From NCBI GenBank assembly GCA_043228905.1, contig JBHGNT010000426.1:1-26516 (forward strand): a DNA stretch of 26,516 nucleotides. The letters run 5' to 3'. Of this stretch, positions 20,517 through 26,516 are shown one piece after another. The notes beneath the pieces were generated by a model. It saw only the letters and a program-made list of their open reading frames with translations. It did not search any database and was not told where the DNA came from. The position numbers and the translations under genes are program-made. Each line of letters opens with the position of its first letter. Within the stretch, counting starts at the first letter, position 1. The DNA comes from Azolla caroliniana (lineage: Eukaryota > Plantae > Polypodiophyta).

Positions 20517-21385
20517 TGCGATTGTCCTTATGATCCCGGTGCTTGTCTCCTAATGGATTGTATTGACATTGCTCCCTCCACCTTTAATATATACACATGG
20601 CCATGCAATCAGAGCACATGCATGTCACTCACCACTCCCATTACCATAACGTGTGTGTCCTGCGTACAACTCTTGCCCAAGACCCATACCAACTAGTCCA
20701 CCCTCCCACACGTCTAGGCTAGTCCTAGGTGTCGTATTGTCACCAGACAATCTGGGCGCAACCTGTAGCGGGTACTCCTCCTCCTCGCGCGAGAGCTTGT
20801 CGAGCAACATAACATTTATACATACATAGGTAAATGTGCGCACTCGCGCGTGCGCGTAGGGGTGTGCGGGCACGTGCACATTAAACTAGAACGCGCTAGT
20901 GCCGAGACACTAAGCACGCGGAGGCTACTGCGGGACGAGTGGTGGCTCCCGAGTGTGCTACATCGATGAACGTAGATAGACCGGTGTCCGTACTCGCTCG
21001 TTCGGACGGACGAGGGGTTGGTAACGACGACGACAAGGAAAGCTAACCGGACTACCACACTAGGAGTGTCCTATCGGGCAAGTGTGGAAGCAAGTTCACA
21101 TTCGCCGCGTGTACAAGTTGACCTTAGCCTTAGCCGTTGCCGTGGCGTGTGCGGTATGGGTGTCCTGCTTTGATGTTTTTTTTTCCGTTTGGGTGGTTTG
21201 CGGTCCCTATAGGCAAATTCTATGCGTTGGTGCTCGTGTTTACGTTCGTGTTGGAGGGACGTTGGTGCTCGTGTTTACGTTCGTGTGGGTGTAATGCGCG
21301 ATTGGGGAGACGCACTTGTTCGTAAACACTTACGAGAAATTAGAGAGAGACCACGAGAATAATTTGAACAAGGTTTATGTACTAT

Positions 21386-22171
21386 TTAGAAGCGACGAAT
21401 ACAAGCACGAGGGCGAAGATCGCACTGTTGGAGTAGGCGGGAGGCGGCGACGCCTAGAGCTCTTTCCTCGTCATCGGCCTTGAATTGGCGACGTTGTTGA
21501 CGTTCGTCCTCTTGTCGTCGAGACATGCGGTGGCGGCGTTCGTCACCCTCTCGTCGCTCACGGCTGCTATCTCTCTCGCGCTCCTCGTCCTCTTCCTCCC
21601 GGCTACGGTGTTCCCTTGATTGTTGGCCATGGCGTCGGCCTTCATCATTGCGTCGTTCCTCCTCGTCAGCATACAAGGCATCACGTAGGCGATCGCATCG
21701 ATCTTCGGCGGGGATTCGTTCGACGTTCCTGCAGCACCGTTCCGAGGGTCTTGAGTATCGAGTGTTTTCGATCCATGGGGAGCGACGTCCTTGTTCACCT
21801 TCCTCTCTTTCGGAGCGCTCTTGTAGCTCTCGGATCTGCTTGTCGATGAAATCACCGCACTCTCGCCTCAGTTCCTCGTCACGTGGCTCATCGCGACCAC
21901 GGCTACGACGTTCCCTTTCCTCTTCGGAGTCTCTCTTGTTGTCTCTGTAGCGGCGCCCCTCCTCAAGGAACCCCTCACGACGTCGCTCGCGCCTCTCGTC
22001 ATCGCACTCCCCCTCTCGGCGTCGATCGCGCCTCTCCTCGTCAATGTCTCCCTCACGACGTCGATCGCGTCGCTCCTCTTCACGGTCCCGCCCTACAGAC
22101 CTAGCATTGGCCGCGGTACACGCGGCGAGCATGATCACGGCCATGAGGAATACGGAAGTAAGCTTTGCCAT
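21386..22171 (-). CDS. 2S albumin-like seed storage protein precursor, 261 aa; R191 allele
   Basis: Variant at 21601 only. Confidence 0.88.
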   Translation of the reverse strand: MAKLTSVFLMAVIMLAACTAANARSVGRDREEERRDRRREGDIDEERRDRRREGECDDERRERRREGFLEEGRRYRDNKRDSEEERERRSRGRDEPRDEELRRECGDFIDKQIRELQERSEREEGEQGRRSPWIENTRYSRPSERCCRNVERIPAEDRCDRLRDALYADEEERRNDEGRRHGQQSREHRSREEEDEERERDSSRERREGDERRHRMSRRQEDERQQRRQFKADDEERALGVAASRLLQQCDLRPRACIRRF

Positions 22172-23040
22172 TGCGATTGTCCTTATGATCCCGGTGCTTG
22201 TCTCCTAATGGATTGTATTGACATTGCTCCCTCCACCTTTAATATATACACATGGCCATGCAATCAGAGCACATGCATGTCACTCACCACTCCCATTACC
22301 ATAACGTGTGTGTCCTGCGTACAACTCTTGCCCAAGACCCATACCAACTAGTCCACCCTCCCACACGTCTAGGCTAGTCCTAGGTGTCGTATTGTCACCA
22401 GACAATCTGGGCGCAACCTGTAGCGGGTACTCCTCCTCCTCGCGCGAGAGCTTGTCGAGCAACATAACATTTATACATACATAGGTAAATGTGCGCACTC
22501 GCGCGTGCGCGTAGGGGTGTGCGGGCACGTGCACATTAAACTAGAACGCGCTAGTGCCGAGACACTAAGCACGCGGAGGCTACTGCGGGACGAGTGGTGG
22601 CTCCCGAGTGTGCTACATCGATGAACGTAGATAGACCGGTGTCCGTACTCGCTCGTTCGGACGGACGAGGGGTTGGTAACGACGACGACAAGGAAAGCTA
22701 ACCGGACTACCACACTAGGAGTGTCCTATCGGGCAAGTGTGGAAGCAAGTTCACATTCGCCGCGTGTACAAGTTGACCTTAGCCTTAGCCGTTGCCGTGG
22801 CGTGTGCGGTATGGGTGTCCTGCTTTGATGTTTTTTTTTCCGTTTGGGTGGTTTGCGGTCCCTATAGGCAAATTCTATGCGTTGGTGCTCGTGTTTACGT
22901 TCGTGTTGGAGGGACGTTGGTGCTCGTGTTTACGTTCGTGTGGGTGTAATGCGCGATTGGGGAGACGCACTTGTTCGTAAACACTTACGAGAAATTAGAG
23001 AGAGACCACGAGAATAATTTGAACAAGGTTTATGTACTAT

Positions 23041-23826
23041 TTAGAAGCGACGAATACAAGCACGAGGGCGAAGATCGCACTGTTGGAGTAGGCGGGAGGC
23101 GGCGACGCCTAGAGCTCTTTCCTCGTCATCGGCCTTGAATTGGCGACGTTGTTGACGTTCGTCCTCTTGTCGTCGAGACATGCGGTGGCGGCGTTCGTCA
23201 CCCTCTCGTCGCTCACGGCTGCTATCTCTCTCGCGCTCCTCGTCCTCTTCCTCCCGGCTACGGTGTTCCCTTGATTGTTGGCCATGGCGTCGGCCTTCAT
23301 CATTGCGTCGTTCCTCCTCGTCAGCATACAAGGCATCACGTAGGCGATCGCATCGATCTTCGGCGGGGATTCGTTCGACGTTCCTGCAGCACCGTTCCGA
23401 GGGTCTTGAGTATCGAGTGTTTTCGATCCATGGGGAGCGACGTCCTTGTTCACCTTCCTCTCTTTCGGAGCGCTCTTGTAGCTCTCGGATCTGCTTGTCG
23501 ATGAAATCACCGCACTCTCGCCTCAGTTCCTCGTCACGTGGCTCATCGCGACCACGGCTACGACGTTCCCTTTCCTCTTCGGAGTCTCTCTTGTTGTCTC
23601 TGTAGCGGCGCCCCTCCTCAAGGAACCCCTCACGACGTCGCTCGCGCCTCTCGTCATCGCACTCCCCCTCTCGGCGTCGATCGCGCCTCTCCTCGTCAAT
23701 GTCTCCCTCACGACGTCGATCGCGTCGCTCCTCTTCACGGTCCCGCCCTACAGACCTAGCATTGGCCGCGGTACACGCGGCGAGCATGATCACGGCCATG
23801 AGGAATACGGAAGTAAGCTTTGCCAT
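23041..23826 (-). CDS. 2S albumin-like seed storage protein precursor, 261 aa; R191 allele
   Basis: Variant at 23256 only. Confidence 0.88.
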   Translation of the reverse strand: MAKLTSVFLMAVIMLAACTAANARSVGRDREEERRDRRREGDIDEERRDRRREGECDDERRERRREGFLEEGRRYRDNKRDSEEERERRSRGRDEPRDEELRRECGDFIDKQIRELQERSEREEGEQGRRSPWIENTRYSRPSERCCRNVERIPAEDRCDRLRDALYADEEERRNDEGRRHGQQSREHRSREEEDEERERDSSRERREGDERRHRMSRRQEDERQQRRQFKADDEERALGVAASRLLQQCDLRPRACIRRF

Positions 23827-24695
23827 TGCGATTGTCCTTATGATCCCGGTGCTTGTCTCCTAATGGATTGTATTGACATTGCTCCCTCCACCTTTAATAT
23901 ATACACATGGCCATGCAATCAGAGCACATGCATGTCACTCACCACTCCCATTACCATAACGTGTGTGTCCTGCGTACAACTCTTGCCCAAGACCCATACC
24001 AACTAGTCCACCCTCCCACACGTCTAGGCTAGTCCTAGGTGTCGTATTGTCACCAGACAATCTGGGCGCAACCTGTAGCGGGTACTCCTCCTCCTCGCGC
24101 GAGAGCTTGTCGAGCAACATAACATTTATACATACATAGGTAAATGTGCGCACTCGCGCGTGCGCGTAGGGGTGTGCGGGCACGTGCACATTAAACTAGA
24201 ACGCGCTAGTGCCGAGACACTAAGCACGCGGAGGCTACTGCGGGACGAGTGGTGGCTCCCGAGTGTGCTACATCGATGAACGTAGATAGACCGGTGTCCG
24301 TACTCGCTCGTTCGGACGGACGAGGGGTTGGTAACGACGACGACAAGGAAAGCTAACCGGACTACCACACTAGGAGTGTCCTATCGGGCAAGTGTGGAAG
24401 CAAGTTCACATTCGCCGCGTGTACAAGTTGACCTTAGCCTTAGCCGTTGCCGTGGCGTGTGCGGTATGGGTGTCCTGCTTTGATGTTTTTTTTTCCGTTT
24501 GGGTGGTTTGCGGTCCCTATAGGCAAATTCTATGCGTTGGTGCTCGTGTTTACGTTCGTGTTGGAGGGACGTTGGTGCTCGTGTTTACGTTCGTGTGGGT
24601 GTAATGCGCGATTGGGGAGACGCACTTGTTCGTAAACACTTACGAGAAATTAGAGAGAGACCACGAGAATAATTTGAACAAGGTTTATGTACTAT

Positions 24696-25481
24696 TTAGA
24701 AGCGACGAATACAAGCACGAGGGCGAAGATCGCACTGTTGGAGTAGGCGGGAGGCGGCGACGCCTAGAGCTCTTTCCTCGTCATCGGCCTTGAATTGGCG
24801 ACGTTGTTGACGTTCGTCCTCTTGTCGTCGAGACATGCGGTGGCGGCGTTCGTCACCCTCTCGTCGCTCACGGCTGCTATCTCTCTCGCGCTCCTCGTCC
24901 TCTTCCTCCCGGCTACGGTGTTCCCTTGATTGTTGGCCATGGCGTCGGCCTTCATCATTGCGTCGTTCCTCCTCGTCAGCATACAAGGCATCACGTAGGC
25001 GATCGCATCGATCTTCGGCGGGGATTCGTTCGACGTTCCTGCAGCACCGTTCCGAGGGTCTTGAGTATCGAGTGTTTTCGATCCATGGGGAGCGACGTCC
25101 TTGTTCACCTTCCTCTCTTTCGGAGCGCTCTTGTAGCTCTCGGATCTGCTTGTCGATGAAATCACCGCACTCTCGCCTCAGTTCCTCGTCACGTGGCTCA
25201 TCGCGACCACGGCTACGACGTTCCCTTTCCTCTTCGGAGTCTCTCTTGTTGTCTCTGTAGCGGCGCCCCTCCTCAAGGAACCCCTCACGACGTCGCTCGC
25301 GCCTCTCGTCATCGCACTCCCCCTCTCGGCGTCGATCGCGCCTCTCCTCGTCAATGTCTCCCTCACGACGTCGATCGCGTCGCTCCTCTTCACGGTCCCG
25401 CCCTACAGACCTAGCATTGGCCGCGGTACACGCGGCGAGCATGATCACGGCCATGAGGAATACGGAAGTAAGCTTTGCCAT
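24696..25481 (-). CDS. 2S albumin-like seed storage protein precursor, 261 aa; R191 allele
   Basis: Variant at 24911 only. Confidence 0.88.
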   Translation of the reverse strand: MAKLTSVFLMAVIMLAACTAANARSVGRDREEERRDRRREGDIDEERRDRRREGECDDERRERRREGFLEEGRRYRDNKRDSEEERERRSRGRDEPRDEELRRECGDFIDKQIRELQERSEREEGEQGRRSPWIENTRYSRPSERCCRNVERIPAEDRCDRLRDALYADEEERRNDEGRRHGQQSREHRSREEEDEERERDSSRERREGDERRHRMSRRQEDERQQRRQFKADDEERALGVAASRLLQQCDLRPRACIRRF

Positions 25482-26350
25482 TGCGATTGTCCTTATGATC
25501 CCGGTGCTTGTCTCCTAATGGATTGTATTGACATTGCTCCCTCCACCTTTAATATATACACATGGCCATGCAATCAGAGCACATGCATGTCACTCACCAC
25601 TCCCATTACCATAACGTGTGTGTCCTGCGTACAACTCTTGCCCAAGACCCATACCAACTAGTCCACCCTCCCACACGTCTAGGCTAGTCCTAGGTGTCGT
25701 ATTGTCACCAGACAATCTGGGCGCAACCTGTAGCGGGTACTCCTCCTCCTCGCGCGAGAGCTTGTCGAGCAACATAACATTTATACATACATAGGTAAAT
25801 GTGCGCACTCGCGCGTGCGCGTAGGGGTGTGCGGGCACGTGCACATTAAACTAGAACGCGCTAGTGCCGAGACACTAAGCACGCGGAGGCTACTGCGGGA
25901 CGAGTGGTGGCTCCCGAGTGTGCTACATCGATGAACGTAGATAGACCGGTGTCCGTACTCGCTCGTTCGGACGGACGAGGGGTTGGTAACGACGACGACA
26001 AGGAAAGCTAACCGGACTACCACACTAGGAGTGTCCTATCGGGCAAGTGTGGAAGCAAGTTCACATTCGCCGCGTGTACAAGTTGACCTTAGCCTTAGCC
26101 GTTGCCGTGGCGTGTGCGGTATGGGTGTCCTGCTTTGATGTTTTTTTTTCCGTTTGGGTGGTTTGCGGTCCCTATAGGCAAATTCTATGCGTTGGTGCTC
26201 GTGTTTACGTTCGTGTTGGAGGGACGTTGGTGCTCGTGTTTACGTTCGTGTGGGTGTAATGCGCGATTGGGGAGACGCACTTGTTCGTAAACACTTACGA
26301 GAAATTAGAGAGAGACCACGAGAATAATTTGAACAAGGTTTATGTACTAT

Positions 26351-26516
26351 TTAGAAGCGACGAATACAAGCACGAGGGCGAAGATCGCACTGTTGGAGTA
26401 GGCGGGAGGCGGCGACGCCTAGAGCTCTTTCCTCGTCATCGGCCTTGAATTGGCGACGTTGTTGACGTTCGTCCTCTTGTCGTCGAGACATGCGGTGGCG
26501 GCGTTCGTCACCCTCT
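26351..26516 (-). CDS. 2S albumin-like seed storage protein precursor, 3' part (about codons 208-261 plus TAA; 5' end outside window)
   Basis: Matches the 3' end of the other copies (ttagaagcgacg... at 26351). Truncated by the window edge. Confidence 0.8.
   Translation of the reverse strand, partial: EGDERRHRMSRRQEDERQQRRQFKADDEERALGVAASRLLQQCDLRPRACIRRF

Larger units (their letters stand above)
1..26516. repeat. Head-to-tail tandem array, 1655-bp unit, about 16.02 copies, near-identical; each unit = one gene plus 869-bp spacer
   Basis: The window start cgtcgagacatgcgg recurs at 1656, 3311, ... 26481. Every ORF in the track recurs at exactly +1655 with no net indel. Only three SNV sites were noticed. 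Confidence 0.99.

Noticed and set aside
1-26516. Pure artefact, plasmid or transgene concatemer, or rDNA/5S array
   Set aside because: No vector, marker or rRNA/tRNA sequence was recognised, and variants occur in contiguous nested blocks. Exact copy number still needs raw-read confirmation.

Overview
The whole window is one head-to-tail tandem array with an exact 1655-bp period (about 16.02 units; it runs off both ends). Each unit carries an intronless 786-bp minus-strand ORF encoding a 261-aa secreted, Arg/Glu/Asp-rich protein with a prolamin-superfamily (2S albumin-like) cysteine skeleton. An 869-bp spacer separates copies and holds a TATA box, RY (CATGCA/CATGCATG) elements and ACGT/G-box elements, the typical plant seed-maturation promoter set. 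There are 15 complete and 2 edge-truncated gene copies, and every complete ORF is intact. I found only three single-base variants, all in the CDS: a private V241I, a W191R shared by six adjacent copies, and a synonymous R207 change nested in three of those six. This looks like an rDNA/histone-style, concertedly evolving or very recently amplified array of a seed storage protein gene in a seed plant. The PSERCC motif recalls gymnosperm 2S albumins, but the taxon cannot be fixed from this sequence. The protein is atypical: long charge-balanced R/E/D extensions, and the first Cys of the CXC motif is replaced by Asp.
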